A stretch of 64,000 nt of DNA, taken from IMG/VR virus record IMGVR_UViG_3300044611_001416; one strand, given 5' to 3'. Source of the DNA: an uncultured virus (IMG/VR IMGVR_UViG_3300044611_001416). Its lineage: Duplodnaviria > Heunggongvirae > Uroviricota > Caudoviricetes. The notes below the pieces were generated by a model, which was given only the letters and a program-made list of their open reading frames with translations, searched no databases and was not told where the DNA came from. The first letter of the stretch is position 1; every line of letters starts with the position of its first letter. The position numbers and the translations under genes were made by a program. Shown here piece by piece: positions 48,301 through 59,659 of the stretch.

Positions 48301-50097
48301 ATGGGGAATAGAATAGATACTCGAGTAGTTTTAGGGTCATTAAGGTACAAGTCGGCACCTGACACAAACCTAATGTTTAATGTACCTTTAGTTCAAACTA
48401 ATAAGGAGAATATTGAATTTGATAGGAATATTAATATTGACTTACAACAAGTTTTTGATGATGAAAGACAAAAATCCGATACATTTAGACCTGCGTGCAA
48501 GTTCTCATTATTATTTAACAATTCTTATAGTGGGTCAACTAATTACGTACCATTAGAAAATAATTTATATTATGTTAACGCTGTTGCAGCTGCTAAACTA
48601 CAATGTGGGTATAATCCACAAACTGTTCTTTGGTCAGGGTTTCCACAATATAATGAGTTTGACTTTGTTCGCACAGATTATAATGTCCCAGGATATACTC
48701 AACCACCCAATAATCATATTACTTTTATACCTAAAAGTGCTTCAAGTTATAATTGGAATTTTTTTGTTAGTTATGCTTATGATAATGATTTTACAAAACC
48801 ATTAGAGGCTATTGACCAAAAAAGTGGACAATTATTACAATGGATTTCTGGTGGAGGAATACCATTTATAATTAATAACACAACATTTAATGGACAAAAT
48901 TTAGTATCATTTAGATGTCCGGTAAAACATGGTTTATCTATTGGTGAGCACGTAAAACTTAACTTCAGTTACATTGGAATTGACACATTTCAAGTATATT
49001 CATTAGGAGACCAAAAATCGGGGAGTGAAGAATACATATTCAATATATATAACGTTGGGTTTACTGGCGCTGTTTTTGTTAATAATAAAAAAGGTTTTTT
49101 TAAAAGAATTATTGATATTGAAAATCCTAATGATACTACCTCACAATATTATGTTAGAAGACATAAATTATTAACTAACTCGCAAGACGCGGTATTAGTT
49201 AACGCAGGATTTGACCAAAATATTTTTGGTAATAAAAAGAAATTTGAAAGTAGTGGATTTACGCCAAATCGAGTTGCTAGGGTTTCAACTAAAGAAGGCT
49301 CGCAATCATATACACTATCTTTTAATAAAGACATAAATATTAATCCTATTAGAGATAATCAAAAACGACCTATAAGTGAGTTATTTTTCACTGTCATTTG
49401 GAAAGGTTATTTTGGATTAATGTTTGGTACTAAAAAAAATCCAAATGACTATTTAGGTCTTAAACAAGGTTATGAATTTAATTTACCGGTTGACCCCGCA
49501 AACAATCAACCTAGTTCTTGGTGGGAGAACCTAAACAGTTTATCCGACACAACATTTCCTGTTGGTTTTTATAACACACCACTTGGTGCTGGTTTAGGGC
49601 CTAATTCAGGGCCAATACCATTTACCTATATTGAATCGTTAAAACAAAATGATATTTTAGATGGGGATTTGTGTGAGTGGAATGAATCGGAACAAAAAGA
49701 AAGAGTTATCTCAAAATTATATCATAAGTACAGATTTAACCCATTTGTATTAAGTGTGACAGAACCACAACAATCACCCTCAAACATGTTTGGGTATTAT
49801 TATCAACCTCATTACCCAATAAAGATTAGGGATTATTCTGATTATATTGAAACGGGTAGTAAACAATTAACTGAGGGTATCCCTGACTATGCGTTTTATT
49901 CGCAAAAAACCGATTCATTTATTTGGAGAGATATATACCAATATGGTTTTATTAATAATGGTATTGGGGTTAATTACCCATTTATTAATGGTACCCATTA
50001 CCCTTATAATTATAATATTTTTAGAATAATTCCGGAAGGAAGTAATTATGGTATAGAAGGATTAACAACTGACCCTATTATCGATGGATGTGAGTAA
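48301..50097 (+). CDS. Putative baseplate/tail structural protein
   Basis: 598-aa ORF coupled within the structural operon. Confidence 0.55.
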   Translation: MGNRIDTRVVLGSLRYKSAPDTNLMFNVPLVQTNKENIEFDRNINIDLQQVFDDERQKSDTFRPACKFSLLFNNSYSGSTNYVPLENNLYYVNAVAAAKLQCGYNPQTVLWSGFPQYNEFDFVRTDYNVPGYTQPPNNHITFIPKSASSYNWNFFVSYAYDNDFTKPLEAIDQKSGQLLQWISGGGIPFIINNTTFNGQNLVSFRCPVKHGLSIGEHVKLNFSYIGIDTFQVYSLGDQKSGSEEYIFNIYNVGFTGAVFVNNKKGFFKRIIDIENPNDTTSQYYVRRHKLLTNSQDAVLVNAGFDQNIFGNKKKFESSGFTPNRVARVSTKEGSQSYTLSFNKDININPIRDNQKRPISELFFTVIWKGYFGLMFGTKKNPNDYLGLKQGYEFNLPVDPANNQPSSWWENLNSLSDTTFPVGFYNTPLGAGLGPNSGPIPFTYIESLKQNDILDGDLCEWNESEQKERVISKLYHKYRFNPFVLSVTEPQQSPSNMFGYYYQPHYPIKIRDYSDYIETGSKQLTEGIPDYAFYSQKTDSFIWRDIYQYGFINNGIGVNYPFINGTHYPYNYNIFRIIPEGSNYGIEGLTTDPIIDGCE

Positions 50098-50899
50098 CAA
50101 ATATAAATTTATATTACCGACAACGGATAAATATATTAATTTGCCAATAGAACTTAAATGGGATTTTTATGGTAGAGACGATAGTATTGAAATTTTCCAA
50201 GAAGAAGTTGTTGAAGATATCATAGGAGTTCCTGATGATTTTGAGATTTTAAGATTTGCCCACGATACTTACAGATTTGGAAACTCTTTTGAAGATACTA
50301 AAATAAATTATGAATTTAATTTCTATAACGGTAACCCAAATACTGTTGGAACCTCAACAATTGCGAATTGGGTATGTAGTTATTTACCTGAAGGGTTTTC
50401 AGCGACAGAAGTTTATTATTATGAAAAACCTTTTACCAAATCATTTTTTAAGTTAGATTTTTATGATAGTAATAGTGGTACAAATCAAACTAATTATTTT
50501 ACTGTGATTTTACCCGTTCAACAGGGTCTTACTGAAAGTGTTAGTATTTCACCCATAAAACCAAACGTTGATATTAAAATACCTTCACAATTTTTAGATT
50601 ATGTTGGGGACAAAGAAGGATTTTTTTTTTATTGGTTGAGAAAAAAAGAATTTATTGATATTAGTACGTTTTATATGTCCGCAAAATTTTTTGATGCCAG
50701 ATTAGGTGTATTTGTTAAAATGATGACAGTACCACAATCCACGTTACCTAATGTCTTTTTATTTAATGGTGAAGATAAGTTTTATTATAAAGTTGTTTTA
50801 AACTCTGTTAATCAAACCTATAGAATTTTTAACATTTCTAACGGACTTAGAGTTGGTGAGGGAACCCCCATAAAATGGTATGAATATGTAAACCCATAA
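50084..50899 (+). CDS. Putative structural protein
   Basis: 271-aa ORF overlapping the previous stop. Confidence 0.55.
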   Translation: MDVSNKYKFILPTTDKYINLPIELKWDFYGRDDSIEIFQEEVVEDIIGVPDDFEILRFAHDTYRFGNSFEDTKINYEFNFYNGNPNTVGTSTIANWVCSYLPEGFSATEVYYYEKPFTKSFFKLDFYDSNSGTNQTNYFTVILPVQQGLTESVSISPIKPNVDIKIPSQFLDYVGDKEGFFFYWLRKKEFIDISTFYMSAKFFDARLGVFVKMMTVPQSTLPNVFLFNGEDKFYYKVVLNSVNQTYRIFNISNGLRVGEGTPIKWYEYVNP

Positions 50900-50900
50900 T

Positions 50901-52079
50901 ATGGATAATAGAATTTATTATATAAAAATATCTCCAGAAGTTATTAAAAACGATATCTTCAAGGTTAATATATACTCACCTTATACCGAAGATATTGAGA
51001 TACCCTTTTGTTGTGATATATATACCCAGCAAGTTACAAAATATGTGACAGGACATACATATGTGTATTCATCCATGACTGAAATTTTATCAGGTGGAAC
51101 CAACGGGGATTCAATCTTAACAGGACTTACGGTTCCAATTATGTTAACTGAGAATACGGTTGATTTGGGGTATTATTCAGTTTTTGATGGAATGGTGTTA
51201 CAACAGGAAACTATGACTAATTTTTTGTTTTCTGCGACAACAACATTCCCTAACGTATATTATTTTTATAATACTTCCGATACCGAGTTTAAAAAATATT
51301 TAGAATTTTCAAATTATTATGTTGATTGGGGTGACGGAACGCCAATACAAACAATAACAACAAACGCGCCAAATTATTACCAACACACTTACTCAACAAT
51401 TGGGGAATTTACTATTATTATGTCAGGAATGAGTCCATGGGGTTCAAATATTGTTAAAAAAACAGTTGAAGTTCCATTTACTAACATTGTAATAACTAAT
51501 CCTAATGGTACCGCTTATTTTACACCTGCGGGTGGTAGTTGGAGTGGGACTATGTTTAATTATGATTACATTTTTAGTGGTGATGCTAGTTGTGACGCAC
51601 AAATAATGGACATTACAAATTTTACCACAGTCCCTTTTATTGTTACAGGGTACACTAAATCTTCTGTTAGCGATTTAGAAGTGTACGGAAATAAATATAT
51701 TTTGTTTGGTGGAAAATATAATATAGGTGTTCAAATAACTGGCACATCGGGAAACATTGGAACATATTGGGGACCACACCTAACAGAACCATACACTGCA
51801 TATACAATTAATGGAATGAATTACTATGATTATAGTGATGGTACTACAGTATTTGCGGTTGAGTCTTCGGGATTAACTCAAGATATGTTAATTTGTTCTG
51901 CAATTACAAAAAATGAGGTATTGATAAATGTAATTGATGAGGCTGAAGTTCAAAGTAATGTTTTTGTTGAACGAGGTAAACTATCTGGTTTGGAACGAAT
52001 TGAAAGATTGGGGGAAATTGATAATATAGGTGACCTTGAAAAATACGGATATGAATTTTTTAATATAATAAAAATATAA
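50901..52079 (+). CDS. Structural protein with PKD-like domain
   Basis: YYVDWGDGT...QHTYSTIGEFTI PKD signature. Confidence 0.6.
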   Translation: MDNRIYYIKISPEVIKNDIFKVNIYSPYTEDIEIPFCCDIYTQQVTKYVTGHTYVYSSMTEILSGGTNGDSILTGLTVPIMLTENTVDLGYYSVFDGMVLQQETMTNFLFSATTTFPNVYYFYNTSDTEFKKYLEFSNYYVDWGDGTPIQTITTNAPNYYQHTYSTIGEFTIIMSGMSPWGSNIVKKTVEVPFTNIVITNPNGTAYFTPAGGSWSGTMFNYDYIFSGDASCDAQIMDITNFTTVPFIVTGYTKSSVSDLEVYGNKYILFGGKYNIGVQITGTSGNIGTYWGPHLTEPYTAYTINGMNYYDYSDGTTVFAVESSGLTQDMLICSAITKNEVLINVIDEAEVQSNVFVERGKLSGLERIERLGEIDNIGDLEKYGYEFFNIIKI

Positions 52080-52096
52080 TATGGATATTTATTGTT

Positions 52097-52162
52097 ATAA
52101 AAATTTGTGGTAAATGTGGGATAGAAAAAGAAAAAAATAATAAAATATTAATAAATAATTAA
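52097..52162 (+). pseudogene. Remnant of an HNH-endonuclease-like N-terminus
   Basis: ATA then KICGKCGIEKEKN, degenerating into A-rich sequence; TATTTAT at 52086-52092. Confidence 0.4.
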
Positions 52163-52164
52163 AA

Positions 52165-53073
52165 ATGGCAACAGGAACGTACGGTACAATTAGACCAGCG
52201 GATGTCTCTCCCGAAGATGTGGAAATCATCTTAAATTACACACCATCAAGGGATGAAACAGATAATTTTATCTTAACTAAGTTAAATGCGACATCAATCT
52301 TAAGACCATACTTTAATAACAATGATACTGGTGGTAACCCTAATATTGAAATATTGGGTGGTTTATATAATTTAAGGTTACCTTCAGACCAATTTAATAA
52401 AATTGGTATCTATACCTTAATGGTTAGACCGGCCCAAATAAGAACAAGAATACTTGATTGTGGTGTTCTATCGGCATTACCAAATGTTAAAGGGTTAGTT
52501 ATTGATTTAAATGACGTGCCAACTCAGTTTAGAAATAAATTTGTTAATCAAGGATTGGTTGGTTTTAGAATTGAATATTTAAATTCTGACGGAACTAAAG
52601 TACCTAATTTTTTTAGATTAATAACTTCATCATTTTTTTGTGAACCAGTTGTTCAAAACTTAACTAATACTTCTCAAAAAGCTATTAGATATAGGTATAC
52701 TGATAATAATACAAATTTAATTTTTTGTACTGTTTCACCATCATCATCACCTACTAATAAGCCAAATGCAACACCGTATATTGGGCAACCTGACCAAGAT
52801 ATCATTATTACAAATACTTTCTTTAATCCAATAACATTGGATATTGAAATTGCTGAACACGATTTCTCAACATTGGCAATTGCATTGTTTGGTAATCAAA
52901 CTAAGTCTATGGATGATGGTATCTACACATTATACGATACTCAAAATAACATATACAGACAATACAATTTATATGAAATTAGAGACCAATTTAATGAATT
53001 ACTTTATGAGGTTAGACAAGATAGGGGAAATAATATTGACTTCAGTAAAAACTTTACAAATATAACGCAATAA
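52165..53073 (+). CDS. Putative structural protein
   Basis: 302-aa ORF, TAATG-coupled to the next gene. Confidence 0.6.
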   Translation: MATGTYGTIRPADVSPEDVEIILNYTPSRDETDNFILTKLNATSILRPYFNNNDTGGNPNIEILGGLYNLRLPSDQFNKIGIYTLMVRPAQIRTRILDCGVLSALPNVKGLVIDLNDVPTQFRNKFVNQGLVGFRIEYLNSDGTKVPNFFRLITSSFFCEPVVQNLTNTSQKAIRYRYTDNNTNLIFCTVSPSSSPTNKPNATPYIGQPDQDIIITNTFFNPITLDIEIAEHDFSTLAIALFGNQTKSMDDGIYTLYDTQNNIYRQYNLYEIRDQFNELLYEVRQDRGNNIDFSKNFTNITQ

Positions 53074-56000
53074 TGGCCGTTACAAAATATACTTGCCCAC
53101 CTCAGTCCGCTTCAGGAGCTGGTACCTTTTCCGATAATTTAGTTGGATTCCAATTAGTTACTGGTGGAGGTTTAACGCAAGGAAATTTTGAATTTGTTAG
53201 TTCTATTAATGAAAAAACAAATAGAACCTTTAATACGGGTAATTTCTCAGACCCTATCAGTTTAGATAGTATGGGTGTTAGTGGTGTGGTACAATCTAAA
53301 TCTATTTTTGAAAATAACTTTAAGGTTTATCCTAATTTTGACATGAGTCAAATTACCAACTTCACATTATATGGGTCGATGGTTAAACGTATTTCAGTTT
53401 CGGTTGAAACCATTATTAGTAAGTTCCCTGCGGCATTAGAGTCGACATTCATGGGGACTAACTATGTGACAGGTGCAACCGCAACTAACATTTTATTTAA
53501 TTCGGTTTACGATGAGACCGTTTTTGATTTGGACGTTTCAAAATTAAGAAATCCATTTGATATTGACTTTTCGGTTAACTCAACAAGAAATTTAGAATTA
53601 AAAGAAATTAGTGTATCTCCATTAAGAGATATGACAATCCAATATGCTAAGTATTCCTTATACGTCAATGGGGTTGGATATGATGTTAAATCTTTAACAC
53701 CAACAACCAATACTTCTAGTGGAATATTACAAATATCCGTTAGTGGAAACCCTTTTTCAGGGCAAAGTATTGTATATTATAGTTTTGTTATTCGGCCTAA
53801 CGACTATGAGGTTACTAAAATATTTAATGAAGATTTAGATGAAGTTGAAAATTTCTTATTAAATAGAAGTGTAACACCAATTTATACCGCAACATTCCAA
53901 GTACCAAGAGAATCTGAAGATGGTACATATTACACCTCAAATCAACCAATTACATGGCCATTGTATGGTGAGTGGAATATTGATATTATAACCAAATCAT
54001 TTGAAAATTATTTAATACAATTAAATGAAGTTAGTGAGTATTTTGACATTTATACAACAAATTTAGTCTCAAGATTTTTAATTACAGGTTCATTTAAAGA
54101 ATTTGACACCGTAACTCAAAAAATGGAAAAAGTTCTACAGATTTATGGTAGAAGTTTTGATGAAACTAAAAAATTCATAGACGCTTTAGCATTTATGACT
54201 TCGGTTAATTATAATGTTGGTAATGATATACCGTCACAATTATTAAAAAATTTAGCACAAACATTAGGTTGGGGAATTAACATTTCACCAATAACCGAGG
54301 ATGATTTTTTAGGTTCTGTGTTTGGTCAAAAAAATAAAGACAATTCACAATTTACAGGAACGTCACAAAAACAAACTCCCGATGAATTAAATTATCAGTA
54401 TTACAGAAATTTAGTATTAAATTCCGCTTACTTATTTAAATCTAAAGGAACAAGAAAATCAATTGAAGTTTTAATGAGATTGGTTGGTGCTCCTGAAGCC
54501 TTAGTTGAATTTAATGAATATGTTTATGTTGCTGACCAAAAAATTAATTTAGAACAGTTTGATACACAATTCTATAATATTTCTGGAGGGACATACATTC
54601 AAGAATTACCGACTTACGAACAAGGTAATACATTTAACATTATGGGAGTTACCTATACAGGTTTTACTACTCAAACAACAATTCAGGATGTTAATATTAA
54701 CCGAGGGGAATACCCTATGGATTTTTATGGATATCCACAAGCACCTATCGACACTGAAAATTACTTTTTTCAGATAGGTAGCGGTTGGTTTGAACAAACA
54801 CCAAAACACAGAGCTCCTGAACAAGTTGATTTAAATAATAGTGTATTCACAGGTTCTAACCCTAATTATCAAACAACTTTAATACCTTATTCATACGGTC
54901 AAGAATATCTTAATAGATTTAGGGACTTCCCATTTATGACATTAGGTTATAATTTGAGCGCAGTTCCTGATAATAATAAAAGTTGGACTGATAATGAAGT
55001 TGGAATAAGAAGTAATTTAGATGGAGGGATTAATGCTCGTTATTTTGTCGATGATGAAAGATTAGTATTAAATGTTAAAAATGTTGATTTATTTTTAAAT
55101 CCTGCTCAAGGTATCGTATATGACGTATGGTACATGTCTAGACAATATAATTACCCAATCCCAAATCAAGGTTTAAATTATGTGGCACCAACTTATTGTA
55201 ACCCACACCCAAATATCGAGTATCCACAAAGAGGTGGTGTGGATTGGACTGAAATCAACCCACAACCAAAAAGAAAAACATTCTTTGAGTTTGCTCAAAC
55301 ATTTTGGCAAAATACTATTAATGTTAGAAACAGACAATATGCTACAGATGGTAAAACAAGTGGTTATCCAACTTTATCTTCTATTTTTTGGAAGTATTTA
55401 GAGTCTCAAAAGACAATAAATATACCTAACGATAATTTCACATATCAAACAATGATTGACTACGTGAATGGTATGGGGGATTATTGGATTAGACTTGTTG
55501 AACAAATGATTCCTGCAACAACTATTTGGAACACTGGTGTTAAGTATGAAAATTCAATATTTCATAGGCAAAAATTTGTTTGGAGAAGACAAGAGTGTTG
55601 TAAATTTATACCAGTACCATGTAAACCATGTTCATTAACCTCAAACATATATCGATATGATTGTAATATACAATCAGTTGAATGTGGTGTGTATCCTTGG
55701 TATGGAAGTTCTACTATTAATAGTTTTAATGCGGTTTTAGGTCAAGCGCTTAATAACTATCTTACTGCTAATGGTTATACCTTAAATGACTGTTTATTAA
55801 ATACTTTAACAACTAATTGGTTTGTAGAAATAAAAATTAATGACTCAACTGTTATTCAATACCCATTTTTTGATGGAATTGGTTATACCAATATAAGTTT
55901 AAGCTCGCCACAACCAAATGATTGGGATTCCGCATTATTAATAGCATTAAATGATTTAACAATTTACGGATATGACTATTATTTAACAACTACCGATACT

Positions 56001-56093
56001 ATAGTTATTTATAATTCAATTTGCTCCACTTCAGCCTTTGGTGATAACTTCAAACTAAATGTCGGAATAAACTTTAATATTTTATGTAATTAA
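53073..56093 (+). CDS. Baseplate wedge / tail-formation protein (gpI/gp7-like domain)
   Basis: LLKNLAQTLGW and YLFKSKGTRKSIEVLMRLVG. Confidence 0.6.
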   Translation: MAVTKYTCPPQSASGAGTFSDNLVGFQLVTGGGLTQGNFEFVSSINEKTNRTFNTGNFSDPISLDSMGVSGVVQSKSIFENNFKVYPNFDMSQITNFTLYGSMVKRISVSVETIISKFPAALESTFMGTNYVTGATATNILFNSVYDETVFDLDVSKLRNPFDIDFSVNSTRNLELKEISVSPLRDMTIQYAKYSLYVNGVGYDVKSLTPTTNTSSGILQISVSGNPFSGQSIVYYSFVIRPNDYEVTKIFNEDLDEVENFLLNRSVTPIYTATFQVPRESEDGTYYTSNQPITWPLYGEWNIDIITKSFENYLIQLNEVSEYFDIYTTNLVSRFLITGSFKEFDTVTQKMEKVLQIYGRSFDETKKFIDALAFMTSVNYNVGNDIPSQLLKNLAQTLGWGINISPITEDDFLGSVFGQKNKDNSQFTGTSQKQTPDELNYQYYRNLVLNSAYLFKSKGTRKSIEVLMRLVGAPEALVEFNEYVYVADQKINLEQFDTQFYNISGGTYIQELPTYEQGNTFNIMGVTYTGFTTQTTIQDVNINRGEYPMDFYGYPQAPIDTENYFFQIGSGWFEQTPKHRAPEQVDLNNSVFTGSNPNYQTTLIPYSYGQEYLNRFRDFPFMTLGYNLSAVPDNNKSWTDNEVGIRSNLDGGINARYFVDDERLVLNVKNVDLFLNPAQGIVYDVWYMSRQYNYPIPNQGLNYVAPTYCNPHPNIEYPQRGGVDWTEINPQPKRKTFFEFAQTFWQNTINVRNRQYATDGKTSGYPTLSSIFWKYLESQKTINIPNDNFTYQTMIDYVNGMGDYWIRLVEQMIPATTIWNTGVKYENSIFHRQKFVWRRQECCKFIPVPCKPCSLTSNIYRYDCNIQSVECGVYPWYGSSTINSFNAVLGQALNNYLTANGYTLNDCLLNTLTTNWFVEIKINDSTVIQYPFFDGIGYTNISLSSPQPNDWDSALLIALNDLTIYGYDYYLTTTDTIVIYNSICSTSAFGDNFKLNVGINFNILCN

Positions 56094-59000
56094 TGTCTTG
56101 TACTTTATTATATACCTCAACTATAACTGGTGATTGTTCAAATACTAATGTTGGAGGATTCACTATAGATATTAATGGTAGTGCTCCTGATTATTCAATT
56201 CAGTGGATTAACCCATCTTCTTTAGGAACTATAGCGTTAGGTGCTGGTGTTATACAATATGAGGTTACATCATTATCTGCGGGGACTTACACATTTAATA
56301 TTATTGATTCATGTATACCAACATTAACGATTGTCCCCGTAAATGTATATATATCAAGTGGAACGTGTGTAAGTATTGATTCTCATACTAATGCTACTTG
56401 TGGCCAAAATAACGGTAGTCTTACCGCATCAACCCAAAATCTTTATGGTATAAGTCAATTCTACCTTTACGATACAATTAATGGTTATATTACTTCGGCG
56501 TCATCAGTGACAAATACTTTTGCATTTGATAATATGTTAAGTCCTGGAATTTATTATGTTATAGGTGATGATGGTGGTGGATGTTCCGGTAAGTCAGAAA
56601 CATGTATTGTTCAAAGTGCGGAAACATTTGACTACGGATTTTATGTTGTTAATGATGCGGGGTGTGCGGTAAATTCGGGTAAAATATTTATTACAGGATT
56701 AACAGGCACGCCACCATACACTTATTTATGGTCAAACGGAGGAACAAACTCATCAATTAGCGGTTTAAGTGCCTCGACTTACGGTGTTATTGTTACTGAT
56801 GGTAATGGATGTACTATTTCTAAATCGGTAACGGTATTACAAGTGCCATTAGTTGGTTTAGGAGCGTTTACCTCAATTAGTCCAACTTGTTTTGCGTCTA
56901 ACGGAGAAATTACGGTTACGGTAACAGGTGGAACCGCGCCATATTATTTTTCAGGTTCAAATGGGACTGTTTATATTACATTTGACCAAACTTACACTTT
57001 TACAAATTTAGCTTCAGGTGTTTTTACAGTACAAGTGACGGATGCTGGTTTATGTAATTTTGTTGCAAGTACAACATTATTACCTCCAGGAGGATTTAGT
57101 ATTGTTGGTATTGGTGTTAATAATTCAAACTGTAACAATAACGGGGGGTCTTTAAACCCAATTCAATTATTTGGTGGTAGTGGTAATTACACCTATGACT
57201 TACAATATCCTGATGGACATCATGATATTGTAAGTACAACAAATCAAAATTGGCAATTTACGGGACTTTCAGGAGGTACTTATAATTTAACAATTAATGA
57301 TGGTGTCTGTACCTTTACCAGTGCTTATACTATCAATAATACTGTTCAATTTAATTTAACAACAACAAGTACAGGAACAACTTGTGGTTTTACTAATGGA
57401 GCTATTAATTTAGAAATTTCAGGTAGTACAGGGCCTTATACTTACTCAATAAATGGGTTAAGTTTGGTTTCGCCTTTAAGTGCTTATACATTTAGTAATC
57501 TGGCCTCAGGAACATATACGGCTAGTGTTACAGACTTTAGTGGGTGTCAACAAACTAATTCTGTATTAGTTGCCCCATCCGCAAATCCTAATTTTATATT
57601 AAATGCGACAAATACAGTAAATGGTTCTGATGGTACTATCACCGCATACATAACTAATGGTTTACCACCATTTACTTTAAATTGGAGTAGTAACGTAAAT
57701 GGACAAACAGGGGATACGATTAATAGTTTATCAGCTGGCACGTATTCACTTACAGTTATAGATTTTAATGGGTGTTCTACAATATCAAGTGTTATTATTA
57801 CGGGTACAAATAGTGTGGCATCCTATCAGACATATACAATATGTGATACTGATTTTATCAATTCACCAAATGCAATTAAAACGGGGCCTAAACAAATGTT
57901 AAATGAAGGTTTTTATGATTTAACATTTAATGATATAAATTGTGTGTTAAATGAAGCAATTTTTGAGGCGATTGTGAGTGTTAGTGGTGATGTTTTAACT
58001 CAACAATTTTATGCTGGTACAACATTAAACGAATATCCTGCAGATAATCAATTTTATGACACAATTACGGGGTTATTATTACAATTTGATGGTATTGCAA
58101 GTGTGGATATTAATCCTCTAAGAAACACTATTCAAATTTTAACTGATTGTGACTCGTTAGTTTCTTTATCGGATGCTCAAGTTATTATTAACATGAAAAT
58201 ATATTATGATATCTCGTGCGTTAGTTGTCCTAGTCCAACACCAACACCGACACAAACACCAACGCCAACTAACACTCCTACACCAACAGTCACACTTGGG
58301 TTAAGTCCAACACCAACAAATACCTCAACTCCAGCAAATACGCCAACACCTACACCAACAAAAACACCAACTCCAACACCTTTACCGATAATACCAATAT
58401 GTTCTGTGATAATTAATGGTAGTACTAACGTATCCGCCTATTTTCCATCATCAAATACTAACGTATCTTTAGGTTTTTCAGTAAGTGCACTTGATATTGC
58501 ACATACAACAACTAAACTATGGTTGGATACTGGATTGATAATTAAAGAATATAACATAACATTAAACCCTTGGTCAAAAACGTTCAACAGAAACATCGCA
58601 TACCCTTCAGGTGTTTCTTTAGGGGCTGGTTTAGGTGCCATTAGCAGCTCTCAGTTAATCTCAACAAACACTTCAGTATCTCCTAATCAAATAATTACTT
58701 TAGATATTACCACAAGTACCGCAGTTTCAACTGTGATTGGAACACTACTGCCTGGTAGGGAGGTTTCGGGTGATATTTTATTAACAACAACAAATAAAAT
58801 ATTAGTTACTAATTCAACTACCTCAGGTCCATATCTTACATATCTAACCCAATATAGTTATCCGTCAGGTACTTTTGAAGTTGAGGTCGATATTACGTCA
58901 ACCACACCCCAACCGTATGGTATATTTATCGATAGTGGTAATATATATGTTTGTAACAATGGTGGTCAAATATATAAGGTTAATGTTAACTTTCCATATA

Positions 59001-59380
59001 CACAAACATTATTTAATAACTCAGGGTTATATGTTGAAGGAGCATCTCAAGTACCAAGTTGTTGTAATACTAACCTAAACTTACCTATAACATACTATAC
59101 TTGGTTTACTAATCTTGATACCTACACATCATCTGATATTACTCCCTGTATAGCCACTGGTTGTGGGGCAAATTTATACACAGCAACATCGACAATAGCT
59201 CCTGGAATTGTAATATATCAGGATAATGCTTTAACAATACCATTTGTTGGTACTAATTATGGTGTTTCAGGTGGTGGATGGGGTAGATTGTTTTTATCAG
59301 ATGATTGCCCAATAATTGGATTGAGAAATATTGCACAAGTAAATGGTTCAGGACAAGTTCTAAGTAATTATACATGTTAA
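56093..59380 (+). CDS. SprB-repeat adhesin-like fibre protein with Pro-Thr linker and C-terminal beta-rich domain
   Basis: Repeated TC..NG.I....GGT.PY.Y.WSNG...L.AGTY...VTD.NGC units; PT tract. Confidence 0.75.
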   Translation: MSCTLLYTSTITGDCSNTNVGGFTIDINGSAPDYSIQWINPSSLGTIALGAGVIQYEVTSLSAGTYTFNIIDSCIPTLTIVPVNVYISSGTCVSIDSHTNATCGQNNGSLTASTQNLYGISQFYLYDTINGYITSASSVTNTFAFDNMLSPGIYYVIGDDGGGCSGKSETCIVQSAETFDYGFYVVNDAGCAVNSGKIFITGLTGTPPYTYLWSNGGTNSSISGLSASTYGVIVTDGNGCTISKSVTVLQVPLVGLGAFTSISPTCFASNGEITVTVTGGTAPYYFSGSNGTVYITFDQTYTFTNLASGVFTVQVTDAGLCNFVASTTLLPPGGFSIVGIGVNNSNCNNNGGSLNPIQLFGGSGNYTYDLQYPDGHHDIVSTTNQNWQFTGLSGGTYNLTINDGVCTFTSAYTINNTVQFNLTTTSTGTTCGFTNGAINLEISGSTGPYTYSINGLSLVSPLSAYTFSNLASGTYTASVTDFSGCQQTNSVLVAPSANPNFILNATNTVNGSDGTITAYITNGLPPFTLNWSSNVNGQTGDTINSLSAGTYSLTVIDFNGCSTISSVIITGTNSVASYQTYTICDTDFINSPNAIKTGPKQMLNEGFYDLTFNDINCVLNEAIFEAIVSVSGDVLTQQFYAGTTLNEYPADNQFYDTITGLLLQFDGIASVDINPLRNTIQILTDCDSLVSLSDAQVIINMKIYYDISCVSCPSPTPTPTQTPTPTNTPTPTVTLGLSPTPTNTSTPANTPTPTPTKTPTPTPLPIIPICSVIINGSTNVSAYFPSSNTNVSLGFSVSALDIAHTTTKLWLDTGLIIKEYNITLNPWSKTFNRNIAYPSGVSLGAGLGAISSSQLISTNTSVSPNQIITLDITTSTAVSTVIGTLLPGREVSGDILLTTTNKILVTNSTTSGPYLTYLTQYSYPSGTFEVEVDITSTTPQPYGIFIDSGNIYVCNNGGQIYKVNVNFPYTQTLFNNSGLYVEGASQVPSCCNTNLNLPITYYTWFTNLDTYTSSDITPCIATGCGANLYTATSTIAPGIVIYQDNALTIPFVGTNYGVSGGGWGRLFLSDDCPIIGLRNIAQVNGSGQVLSNYTC
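58229..58388 (+). repeat. Pro-Thr dipeptide repeat tract
   Basis: [53 protein letters not shown]. Confidence 0.9.
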
Positions 59381-59411
59381 TATATGACAAACTCAATTAG
59401 TTTACTGGTAA

Positions 59412-59588
59412 TTAATCAATTGGGTCTTTTTTACCTAAACCACCATAAAGTCTCATAAGTTTTAGGGATTCATGATAGTTTTTTTCTAATCTGTCTAGTT
59501 CTTTTTCAGGGACACCTTTTTCACAGGCAACCTCATACGCATCTTTAGATTCAGAAACCAATTTTGATATTGTTTTTAGTAGTTTCAT
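59412..59588 (-). CDS. Small hypothetical protein (not in ORF track)
   Basis: 58 aa MKLLKTISKLVSESKDAYEVACEKGVPEKELDRLEKNYHESLKLMRLYGGLGKKDPID; TATTTATA at 59593-59600 (-) just upstream of the ATG. Confidence 0.65.
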   Translation of the reverse strand: MKLLKTISKLVSESKDAYEVACEKGVPEKELDRLEKNYHESLKLMRLYGGLGKKDPID

Positions 59589-59659
59589 ATAGTATAAATA
59601 TCTACCAAAACACCATTTATTAAGATGGATGATTAATTATATTTATTTTAAAACATAAA

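Noticed and set aside
58229..58388. CCAACA-type repeats as a CRISPR array or non-coding tandem repeat
   Set aside because: In-frame degenerate Pro/Thr codon repeats with third-position variation and no spacers
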